Source: an uncultured Gammaproteobacteria bacterium (lineage in GTDB: Bacteria > Pseudomonadota > Gammaproteobacteria > JACCXJ01). Taken from it: a stretch of DNA of 64,000 nucleotides. Positions 56,020 through 64,000 of the stretch are shown in pieces. Position 1 is the stretch's first letter; each line of letters opens with the position of its first letter. The position numbers and the translations under genes are program-made. The notes under the pieces are model-generated. The model was not told the DNA's origin and ran no database searches. It saw only the letters and a list, made by a program, of their open reading frames with translations. The DNA lies in NCBI GenBank assembly GCA_963764725.1, contig CAVXTM010000011.1:64001-128000 (forward strand), in the 5' to 3' direction.

Positions 56020-57328
56020 ACAAGGCATAAGCGCCGAAGCGCATGATGTGCGGACGTCCCAATTTTTCTTTGGAAAAGTCGATTGCAAACCGTTCGTTGA
56101 GCTGCTTCCCGTCCCATTGGAAGGCCTTGAAAAACTGCTCGTTGTCCGCGCCTTTCTTGTCCCAGTTGGCCAACAAGGAGCTGGTGAAATAAAGCCGTTT
56201 TCCATCCCAGCTCTGCGACACCATGTTGAGTTGCGCCCCGATCTTCTTCTCGTAGAGTTGTTTCGGATGGAAGGGATCGCGCACATCGTAAAGCCGCACC
56301 ATGCCGTCCGAGAAACTATCGGCCCACAGAAGATCGTCTTCGGAACTGAGCGAAATATCCACCGGCAACGGAGTCTTGCTCGGGTCTCCGATGTCGCTTA
56401 CCGCCTGAGCATGCCACTCGCCTTGGACGTCTTCGTGGATCAACCAGATCTTCGAGGTCAAGGCGGTGGAGGTAAAACAATAATTATGGTTCGGCTGCCA
56501 GGCACAACGGATCTCGAGCGGCGCCCCCGGGACATCGAGGATTTTTCTCGGCTTGCGGGCGTGCAGATTCCAGATCACGACCGTATTTCCGAAGCGCTTC
56601 ATCGCCTCTTTATCCTGCAGCAGCTTGCCGAAATCCATCATCTAATTGGACCAGCCAGTGAACGAGGAGGTCACCAACACATTGCGTCTCGGGAGCGCGC
56701 GCACGTCGTACCCATAGCCATCGGCGTAGGTCCCCGCCTTCCTTGCGCCCTGGAGGTTGTCGTCGGTCGGCATCCAATAAGTCGCCAGGTAATTGCCCTC
56801 ATTGGTGTATTCGACGAGCGCCGTGCGGCCCCCGTGGTCGCGATGGTTCGACAGCGCCGTGATCAGCATCCGGCCCGGCATGGCATAAAAGGTGTGCGGC
56901 CCGACGGCGCCCCCGCTCTTGGCCACGAAGTCCTCGATAGTTTTGACCAGCCGCGGTTTCGAGGGATCGGTACGCACGTCGAAGATGAAGATCCGGCTGG
57001 TGTCGAGACCTCCCGCCCAGAAGTGAGCACGGTCATCGGTGAATCCCCCGTGGTGGGCTTCGTTGCGTCCGCCGACCGATACAGTATGAACCACCGAACC
57101 GTGCTTGGCCGATTTGGGGTTCACGTCGATGGTTACGAGCTTGTCCTGCTCGTCTCCCACACCTTCTTGTCCCAAGGTCCAGACGTAGGCGAAATCCTCC
57201 TGGCCCACGATCTTGGCCATGTAAGGCGACATGCAGGTCTCATCCGCCCGTGCCACGCCGTGCCCGAAGGAGCCCAGCACCATGACCGATACCGCAAGCA
57301 TGAAATTAATCAGGGTAAGCCTTTTCAT
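55952..57328 (-). pseudogene. mtoX: Methanethiol oxidase (SBP56 family) interrupted by a single in-frame TAG at 56642-56644
   Basis: DETCMSPY, EAHH, GPHTFY, SSFTGWSN*MMDFGK, GAPLEIR, SLLANWDKK; two ORFs abut in the same frame. Confidence 0.87.
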
Positions 57329-57412
57329 TTTAGTTTCCTTCTCTACGACGGTTTCCCCGGTGCAGTCCTGCCGATAAAAACGGCGTTGGGACCACCCCTC
57401 GCTCCCGCGGAA

Positions 57413-57994
57413 CTACGCCGCTTGGCCGATGGCCATCGCTTCCTTGACTTCATTGAGCCCGCCGGTCTTGACGTCATAAATGAAGCCATAGATCGGTATG
57501 TCCCGAGGTACCAGGGGATGGTTTCGGATGCGCCGCACATCCTCCGCGACACTTTGCTCCTGATTCTTGATGGTCAACCAGTCGATGTAGTCGCCTTCCG
57601 AAGCACCCGGTCCCGGGCCAACATCGCGAAAACCGCCGGCATCGAGCGCGGCGGTCTTCAGACTGCTTTTCAGCAGACCGCGCATCACCTCGTCGGTGAA
57701 AAATTCCATCCCGCAATTGGTATGATGGATAACGAACCATTCCCGCGTGCCTAAGAGTTTGTAGGAAATGACCAGGGAACGGATCGCGTCATCGCTTGCC
57801 CGTCCGCCGGCATTGCGAATGACGTGCGCGTCGCCTTCGGTGAGCCCGGCATATTTCGAGGGCTGCAGGCGGGCGTCCATGCAGGTCAAGATTGCAAAAT
57901 GCCGCGCCGGCGGCATCGCTAATTTGCCCTTGTCTCCAAAGCTCGCCGCATAGCGGGCATTCGCGGCCAGCACTTCTTGTAAGATCTGACTCAT
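57413..57994 (-). CDS. Beta-carbonic anhydrase, clade D-like (COS hydrolase candidate)
   Basis: TCMDARL, IRNAGGR, HHTNCGM, YDVKTG. Confidence 0.88.
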   Translation of the reverse strand: MSQILQEVLAANARYAASFGDKGKLAMPPARHFAILTCMDARLQPSKYAGLTEGDAHVIRNAGGRASDDAIRSLVISYKLLGTREWFVIHHTNCGMEFFTDEVMRGLLKSSLKTAALDAGGFRDVGPGPGASEGDYIDWLTIKNQEQSVAEDVRRIRNHPLVPRDIPIYGFIYDVKTGGLNEVKEAMAIGQAA

Positions 57995-58290
57995 AGCTCA
58001 CTGCCTCCAATCGTCGTGGCGCTGCCATGAACGGTGAGCGCCGGTTGTTATTGTGATGCCGGTTGTTATGTTGCGGCGGTTGATCCTGCCACTCAGCTAT
58101 TATAGCCGGTGTTCAGTGCACGTTGCGCGCTTCGCTATTCCCGGCGCTTGGCTCAATTAACGCGTATCATTAGAATCACAACTAGAAAAAACGCTCTCCT
58201 AGAGCCTATGCTTCGATCTGGACGGCTCGCGCCACGGCGCACGCCGCGATAAGAAAATGTGCGGACTAGAAGAACAACAAGGAATCAACG

Positions 58291-60396
58291 ATGAATATCC
58301 TGATGATGACCAATACCTATGCACCGCATGTGGGGGGCGTTGCGCGCAGCGTGGAAAGCTTTGCCGGCGCGTTCCGGGCCAACGGCCACCAAGTGCTCGT
58401 GGCGGCGCCGCTCTTCAAGGGCACCCCCGAGAACGAACGCGGCGTGGTCCGTTTTCCGGCCGTCAAGGACTTCAATGGCAGCGCCTTCTCGGTACCGATG
58501 CCGGCGCCCTTGCGGCTTGTCGCGGCGTTAAAGCAATTTCGTCCCGAGATCATCCACTCCCATCATCCGTTCCTGTTGGGAGGAACGGCCCTGCGCGTCG
58601 CCGCGGCGCGCCGTCTGCCGGTGGTATTCACCTACCATACGATGTACGAGAAATATACCCACTACGCGCCGGGGGATTCGCAAACGATGAGACATTTCGT
58701 CGTGGACCTCGTCAGCGGTTATTGCAACCTGTGCGATGCGGTCATCGCGCCGAGCCAAACGGTGGCCGAGCTGCTGCGCGAGCGCGGCGTCGAAACCCCG
58801 ATTCGGGTGATCCCGACAGGCATCAACCTGGCGCTCTTCGCGGGTGGCGATGGGCAGGCGTTTCGCAAAAAATATGGGATCCCGGCGCGGGCGTTCCTGC
58901 TCGGGCACGCCGGGCGCTTGGCCGCGGAAAAGAACCTGGGTTTTCTGACAGAGGCCGGCATTCGATTCCTAGAGGGAAACCCGAACGCTTACTGTCTCAT
59001 CGTCGGTAGCGGACCGGCGAGCGACGACTTGCAAGCCCGCTTCAACGGCGCCGGGTTCGCGGACCGGCTGATTCTCACGGGGGCGCTTGATCAGCGAGAT
59101 CTCAGCGACGCTTACCAGGCGATGGATGTCTTCGCCTTCGCGTCCCACACGGAAACGCAAGGGATGGTGCTGGCTGAGGCCATGTGCGCCGGTGTGCCTG
59201 TCGTGGCTCTCGACGCATCGGGCGTGCGCGAGATGCTTCGCGATGAAGACAACGGACGGCTGTTAAAACGGGAAGACCCCGAGTGCTTCGTGGCCGCCCT
59301 CGCGTGGGTCGCCGCCCTAGGCGCCGAGGCGCGCCAACGGTTGCGGGAAGGCGCACAACGGACGGCCTCCGCCTTCGATATGAGCGGAACCGCGGCGCGG
59401 GCGCTTGATCTCTACGCCTCGTTGCGCGCCGCCGCGCCCACGCAAAGAATGCGCGATCATACCCTTTGGGACATCGCGTTTCGCCGCCTACGAGGTGAAT
59501 GGCGGATTCTGCGCAACGTGGTTCAAGCCGCGGGCGACTCGCTGCGGCCGAGCGTCGTTTGGGAAGTGGGGCCGAGAGGCACCGAAGACCCGCGCGCCTG
59601 GCCTAGCCAGAACGCGCTCGCCGGGCTGGAAAATCATCCCGACACGGGCGCCGAGCCGTCGGCGACAGGGGCGGATTTCAAGACGCGGTTGCTGGGATGG
59701 CTGTGGGCGTGGCTACTGCGTCTACAATCCGTAACTTGGAGGAAACGCTATGACGGCCTCGATCGCCTCGACGAGATCTTGGATCAGCATCAGCGGGTTT
59801 TGTTTTGCTTCTGGCACGGCAAATACCTCCCTCTTTTCGCACTCTTGCGCGGACGCCCGGCCTGTGTGTTCACAAGCAAATCCGACCGGGGAGCCATCAT
59901 CGCCGAGATCTGCCACCACTTCGGTTACGAGTGCGTACAGGTCCCGATCCGCGGGCGCAGCCATGCGTTCGAGATCATGCGCCGCGCCTTGGAGCGGCGC
60001 CCGAACGGCGGCATCGCCGTCGATGGCCCTCTCGGTCCCTATCACAAGGTCAAACGTGGCGCCGTCAAGCTGGCCGGCGAGCTCGGTTACGTGGTGGTCC
60101 CCGCGTCCGCGACGGCGCGCCGCAAACGCATCATCAAGCATCGTTGGGACCGCATGGAGATCCCTGCGCTCTTCACGCGCATCGGGCTCGCGATCGGCGA
60201 ACCGAAGAAAATACCGTGCAACACGTCTCCCGAGCAAAGCCAGGCATGGGTGGCCTGGTTGCGGGAGGAGTTGGAGACGCTGGATCGCCGTGCCGAGGAG
60301 CTGGCCGGAGTCCCGAGGCAAAAAACCCCGCATGCACGCAGAGCACGGATCGAAGCTTCTCCCGGAGCAGGAAGGCTAACTGATAAAGGCGCGTAA
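58291..60396 (+). CDS. GT4 glycosyltransferase fused to DUF374 (acyltransferase-like) domain
   Basis: GGVARSV, HSHHPF, RLAAEKN, ETQGMVLAEA; C-terminal FWHG, SKSDRG, VDGPLGP, WDRMEIP. Confidence 0.85.
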   Translation: MNILMMTNTYAPHVGGVARSVESFAGAFRANGHQVLVAAPLFKGTPENERGVVRFPAVKDFNGSAFSVPMPAPLRLVAALKQFRPEIIHSHHPFLLGGTALRVAAARRLPVVFTYHTMYEKYTHYAPGDSQTMRHFVVDLVSGYCNLCDAVIAPSQTVAELLRERGVETPIRVIPTGINLALFAGGDGQAFRKKYGIPARAFLLGHAGRLAAEKNLGFLTEAGIRFLEGNPNAYCLIVGSGPASDDLQARFNGAGFADRLILTGALDQRDLSDAYQAMDVFAFASHTETQGMVLAEAMCAGVPVVALDASGVREMLRDEDNGRLLKREDPECFVAALAWVAALGAEARQRLREGAQRTASAFDMSGTAARALDLYASLRAAAPTQRMRDHTLWDIAFRRLRGEWRILRNVVQAAGDSLRPSVVWEVGPRGTEDPRAWPSQNALAGLENHPDTGAEPSATGADFKTRLLGWLWAWLLRLQSVTWRKRYDGLDRLDEILDQHQRVLFCFWHGKYLPLFALLRGRPACVFTSKSDRGAIIAEICHHFGYECVQVPIRGRSHAFEIMRRALERRPNGGIAVDGPLGPYHKVKRGAVKLAGELGYVVVPASATARRKRIIKHRWDRMEIPALFTRIGLAIGEPKKIPCNTSPEQSQAWVAWLREELETLDRRAEELAGVPRQKTPHARRARIEASPGAGRLTDKGA

Positions 60397-60453
60397 CCGG
60401 AGTCCCTCGGCAGCGGCCTATGTACCCATTCACCCTAGCTCCCGCGGGTTAGT

Positions 60454-61815
60454 TTGCAACCTCACGCTCCAGGCCTGAGCGCGCCAAAGATCGCCACCGG
60501 GATGATGGTGATTTACGGCCTGCCTTACATGGCCTACGCGATCGCGGCCCTGCCGCTGGCGCTGTTTATACCTTCGTATTACGCCGATGACCTAGCGCTA
60601 CCGTTCGCGGCGGTGGGGATCGCGATTGCCGCCTCGCGCATCCTCGATGTCATCATCGATCCCTTCATAGGCATAGTGAGCGATAGCTGGAACACGCGCT
60701 GGGGACGGCGAAAACCCTGGATCGCCGCCGGCGCGCCCCTGTTCATCCTTTCGCTCTGGATGATCTTCACGCCGGCGCCGGGCGTGACCTTTGAATACCT
60801 TTTTGGGTGGACGTGCTTGTTCTTTATCTCGTTCACGCTCGTGGATCTTCCTTACAAAGCGTGGGGGGCGGAGCTGTCCACGGACTACTCGGAACGCTCG
60901 CGCGTGACTGCCTGGCGGGAATCCTTCGGGTTCGCCGGCCAATTGGTGTTCGTCTTGATGTTCATGCTCCTGGAATCTCTCGGCCAGCGTGAACCGGCGA
61001 CGCAGTTGACGGCCATTGCCCTGACCGTGATCCTGACGCTGCCGCCGCTACTCATCGTTGCGTTCAAGACGGTCCCCGAGCGTCCCCCGGATACGCTCGC
61101 CGGCGAGTGGCCGCGGGGTTCCGCGGGTTTCATGCTCGTAGCGCGAAATCCCGCATTCGTGCGCATGGTGATCTCCGTTGTTCTGTTCGTCTCCGGGCTC
61201 ATCATTCAAGCGACACTGCATAAGATCGTCCTGGTCCACGTCACCGAAACCCCAGATCTCTTCGCTACCATGCTGCTGCTCGAAAACATCGCCACCATCG
61301 CGCTGGTGCCTCTTTGGATCCGGATCTCCGATCGCATCGGCAAACACCGCGCCTTGTGTCTGGCGGCGCTTTGGGTCGGAATATGGAGCCTGCTCCTGCC
61401 TCTCCACGGGCAGGGCGAAGGCTGGCCGCTCATCGTGGTGCTCGCGATCCGCGGCAGCAGCTTCGCGTCCATCCTGTTCCTCGCGAACTCCATCGCCGCC
61501 GATGTCGTCGATCATGACACCGTGACCTCGGGCCGGCAGCGTACCGGCCTCTACTTCGCCATCTGGGCGATGACCTATAAGTTCGCCATCGCCCTCGGGG
61601 TTCTATTCGCGACTGTGCTCCCGGCATACTTCGGTTTCGAGCCCGCCGATGTGAGCACGCACACCCCCGGCTCCGAATTCGCGCTCATGGCGGTCTACGG
61701 CTGGTTGCCGGGCGTGCTGATGGCGCTCGGGGCACTATTTCTTTGGAATTTTCCGATCGATGAAACGCGGCAACGAGAGCTACGCGCTCTCATCACGCAA
61801 CGCGCGCTCGACTAA
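60454..61815 (+). CDS. MFS transporter, GPH (MelB-like) family
   Basis: IDPFIGIVSD..TRWGRRKPW, PYKAWGAELSTDYSERS, ADVVDHD. Confidence 0.88.
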   Translation: MQPHAPGLSAPKIATGMMVIYGLPYMAYAIAALPLALFIPSYYADDLALPFAAVGIAIAASRILDVIIDPFIGIVSDSWNTRWGRRKPWIAAGAPLFILSLWMIFTPAPGVTFEYLFGWTCLFFISFTLVDLPYKAWGAELSTDYSERSRVTAWRESFGFAGQLVFVLMFMLLESLGQREPATQLTAIALTVILTLPPLLIVAFKTVPERPPDTLAGEWPRGSAGFMLVARNPAFVRMVISVVLFVSGLIIQATLHKIVLVHVTETPDLFATMLLLENIATIALVPLWIRISDRIGKHRALCLAALWVGIWSLLLPLHGQGEGWPLIVVLAIRGSSFASILFLANSIAADVVDHDTVTSGRQRTGLYFAIWAMTYKFAIALGVLFATVLPAYFGFEPADVSTHTPGSEFALMAVYGWLPGVLMALGALFLWNFPIDETRQRELRALITQRALD

Positions 61816-62003
61816 GGAAGCTCAGTGTCGCGAGCAAGCCCAGATGCGCGAAGCCGCGGAGCGAGTCGCGAGACATATCAGGTAGATAGGCGAGCGGCGA
61901 GCGAGCACGCGCCAAAGCAGATGGGCTGCGCAGTAACTTTTGCAGAGCTTCCCTAAGACCTTTGGTTGACCGGTGCAAGACCCGTCAGTACCATAGCGCC
62001 GAT

Positions 62004-62079
62004 TCCCCGGTAGCTCAGTCGGTAGAGCGGGTGACTGTTAATCACTAGGTCGGCGGTTCGAGCCCGTCCCGGGGAGCCA
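62004..62079 (+). tRNA. tRNA-Asn (GTT)
   Basis: TCCCCGG acceptor, TAGCTCAGTCGGTAGAGC D-arm, CT-GTT-AA loop, GGTTCGAGCCC T-arm, encoded CCA. Confidence 0.97.
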
Positions 62080-62261
62080 CGAAAACCCCGCATTAAATCC
62101 CCGCTGTAGCGCTCCATCCTTTGTGACTTTTTTCACTGATTTATGCCTAGGATTCGGTATACTAGCCCAGCGCTGCCATTCGTCATGTCTCGTCAGTGCA
62201 GTTTGCAGCCCCTCGAAACGCTTCCGTACAAGTTCGATTTTATCTTGAACCCTCCTATCCT

Positions 62262-62409
62262 GCATCTTCGATGCGGATGGGATGTCGCGTTCGGACCGTA
62301 CGGAAAGCAACCTGCAGTTCGTCGATCTGTTCGACCGACAAACGGCTCCCTTTGCGGCGGCGAGATTCGCGGTTGCACCGGGGATATAAGCACGACGGTA
62401 TTCGGTCAC
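62262..62409 (-). pseudogene. N-terminal fragment of RAYT transposase
   Basis: MTEYRRAYIPGAT / RKGSRLSVEQIDELQVAFRTVRTRHPIRIE, frameshifted and truncated. Confidence 0.7.
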
Positions 62410-62448
62410 TGCGACACGTTAAACGAAGTTCCATTCCATGGCCGAGGT

Positions 62449-62476
62449 GGTTCCCTTCGGTCCACCGCATCCTATG
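62449..62476 (-). repeat. Partial REP-like element upstream of the RAYT remnant
   Basis: ATAGGATGCGGTGGACCGAAGGGAACC resembles a GTAG-class REP. Confidence 0.45.
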
Positions 62477-62738
62477 CGGACTGACGATGCACACAGGAAC
62501 GCTAAGCCGATCCAAATTTTAGTTCGCGACCTCATTAAATCCTCCTTACCCGCTACCCAGACATCCGTATCCTCGTCCTCTCAACCTCGTCATCATAACC
62601 ACAGTTGAAATAATATTTTTTGCGACTTTTTCACGAGAAAATTGTGATTTTGTCGATTGTCGTTCCTGCAAAATCGTACATACTGAATTTGATTAGCGTG
62701 GCATTCGCGTTGTGGAAACGTAACGGAGGAACGGGCTT

Positions 62739-63365
62739 ATGAAACGCTTGATTACGGTTGTACTGGTCACCTTTCTGGCCGCGGGTTGCGCCACCCAGAG
62801 TCAACAGGCGCGTACTGAGGGCACTGCCGCGGGAGCGGGCATTGGCGCGCTCATCGGCGCGGGTCTCGGCGCCGCGTTTGACGGCGCGCGGGGCGCGGCA
62901 ATAGGAGCGGGGGTCGGGGCCCTCCTCGGCAGCATTGCCGGCTATTCGTATGCCGATAACATTGCTAAACGCCGATCCGACCTCGCGGGAAAAGAAAACG
63001 ATCTCGACGCGCGCGTCGCCTTTGCCCATGGTGTCAATGGGGACACTCAAAAATTCAATGAGCAGCTCGCGAGCGAAATCAACGACTCGGCAGCCAAGGT
63101 CAATACGTTGGCGGCTCAATACAAGAACCAAGAGGTTACGCAACAGCAACTGGTAGCGGAGCGCCAGAATATGAGCAACAAAGTCCAAAATGCTGAAAAC
63201 CAGTTTAACCTCGCCAAGGAACAGCTAGACGATCTCAAGGGGTTTCGCTCGAAGCAGACAGGTCCCTCGGATGCCTTGGATATCGAAATCACGCAGCTGG
63301 AAGGCCAACTGGCCCAGTTGAAGACGAATACCTCGACGCTAGCGTCCTTGAGCCAGCGCATATAG
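62739..63365 (+). CDS. Glycine-zipper lipoprotein with coiled-coil C-terminus
   Basis: LAAGC lipobox; GAGIGALIGAGLG..GAAIGAGVGALLG; GGAGG RBS. Confidence 0.85.
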   Translation: MKRLITVVLVTFLAAGCATQSQQARTEGTAAGAGIGALIGAGLGAAFDGARGAAIGAGVGALLGSIAGYSYADNIAKRRSDLAGKENDLDARVAFAHGVNGDTQKFNEQLASEINDSAAKVNTLAAQYKNQEVTQQQLVAERQNMSNKVQNAENQFNLAKEQLDDLKGFRSKQTGPSDALDIEITQLEGQLAQLKTNTSTLASLSQRI

Positions 63366-63397
63366 ATAGCCACTAGCCGCAGTCACAGTCTGGAGGA

Positions 63398-63853
63398 ATG
63401 TATAGTATGTGGGCGCGATTATGCTTATCTGTCGTCGTTCTCGGGTCGATGGGCGGGTGTGAACAAAGCGCCCTAGTGCAACTTAGCCGCGAGACGGAGG
63501 AGGCGGAGCAGCGCGTCCTGGTTAAACAGCAGCATCTCTCGGGCTTGGAAGAGCAGAACCGGGCGCTTGTGGAGGAGAAAAATCGGCTGTTGCGGGAGCT
63601 TGAAACTCAGCAGGTGAGCTTACGCGACCTCGGCTCCCGCCTCGCGGCTTTGCGGAAGGAAAATGCCGGTATGGCTGCTCACACCGAGCGGGAGCGTCAG
63701 AACCGGGCCCATACGGACGCGGCGCTACGAAAATATCAACAACAAGTGAGCACGCTGACCACCCACGATCAGTTATCCCCTGACGCTAAACGCAAAAGCA
63801 TCGACGCGTTGAAGAACGAAATTAAGACTTATTTAGAACTGGGCCTGCGTTAA
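63398..63853 (+). CDS. Coiled-coil lipoprotein
   Basis: MGGC lipobox; heptad-rich; GGAGG RBS. Confidence 0.75.
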   Translation: MYSMWARLCLSVVVLGSMGGCEQSALVQLSRETEEAEQRVLVKQQHLSGLEEQNRALVEEKNRLLRELETQQVSLRDLGSRLAALRKENAGMAAHTERERQNRAHTDAALRKYQQQVSTLTTHDQLSPDAKRKSIDALKNEIKTYLELGLR

Positions 63854-64000
63854 TGCGATGTGCCAGTGCGCTTCAGAAGGCGCCTCTCTTTGCTGGGCAG
63901 GCGCTTCTTGGACGAGGTAGCAGCGCCGCGTCTTTCTCTGTATCTGGGAGGTATGTCATGAGAGATTCCGATTCCCGCAAACACCGTGGCATTGTGCTTA

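Noticed and set aside
55931-57754. 607-aa plus-strand ORF
   Set aside because: Antisense shadow of mtoX and beta-CA in GC-rich DNA; no motifs.
57660-57790. beta-CA as a CS2 hydrolase
   Set aside because: The FF motif expected before GTxE is LL here; the FF after HxxC is at a different position.

Overview
GC-rich (proteobacterial, probably gammaproteobacterial) chromosomal window. The core backbone carries an ABC exporter, mobA-moeA/moaE, avtA-SDR, NRDE, a Vgb-like lyase, an ICL/PEP-mutase enzyme, a sigma54 torF-glnK-amtB-glnK nitrogen cluster, aroE, rsmA, a methanethiol-oxidase cluster, a GT4-DUF374 fusion, an MFS gene and tRNA-Asn. A ~33-kb composite island (about 11810-45144) interrupts the SDR/NRDE junction. 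It has no recognisable integrase, but it is marked by diverged duplicates of the 3' ends of both flanking genes. Its contents are decayed hicAB, an intact ISL3 with an 8-bp target duplication, several secreted orphan proteins, czcCBA-czcD, a mer operon with an unusual Cys-rich membrane/HMA gene, and cusCBA. It also holds a direct-repeat-bounded redox cassette: DUF3050 heme-oxygenase-like diiron enzyme, small ORF, pentaheme cytochrome c, Tll0287/DUF3365-type heme protein and a His-rich membrane protein. That cassette is the best candidate for an undescribed system. Other highlights are an mtoX gene split by an in-frame TAG beside a SCO-MauG fusion and a clade-D beta-carbonic anhydrase, an orphan integron-type TA cassette, a 3-copy double-hairpin repeat with RAYT remnants, and a DnaA-box/AT-rich cluster. 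Several single-base frameshifts may be assembly errors. All family assignments come from motif recognition only; no searches were run.
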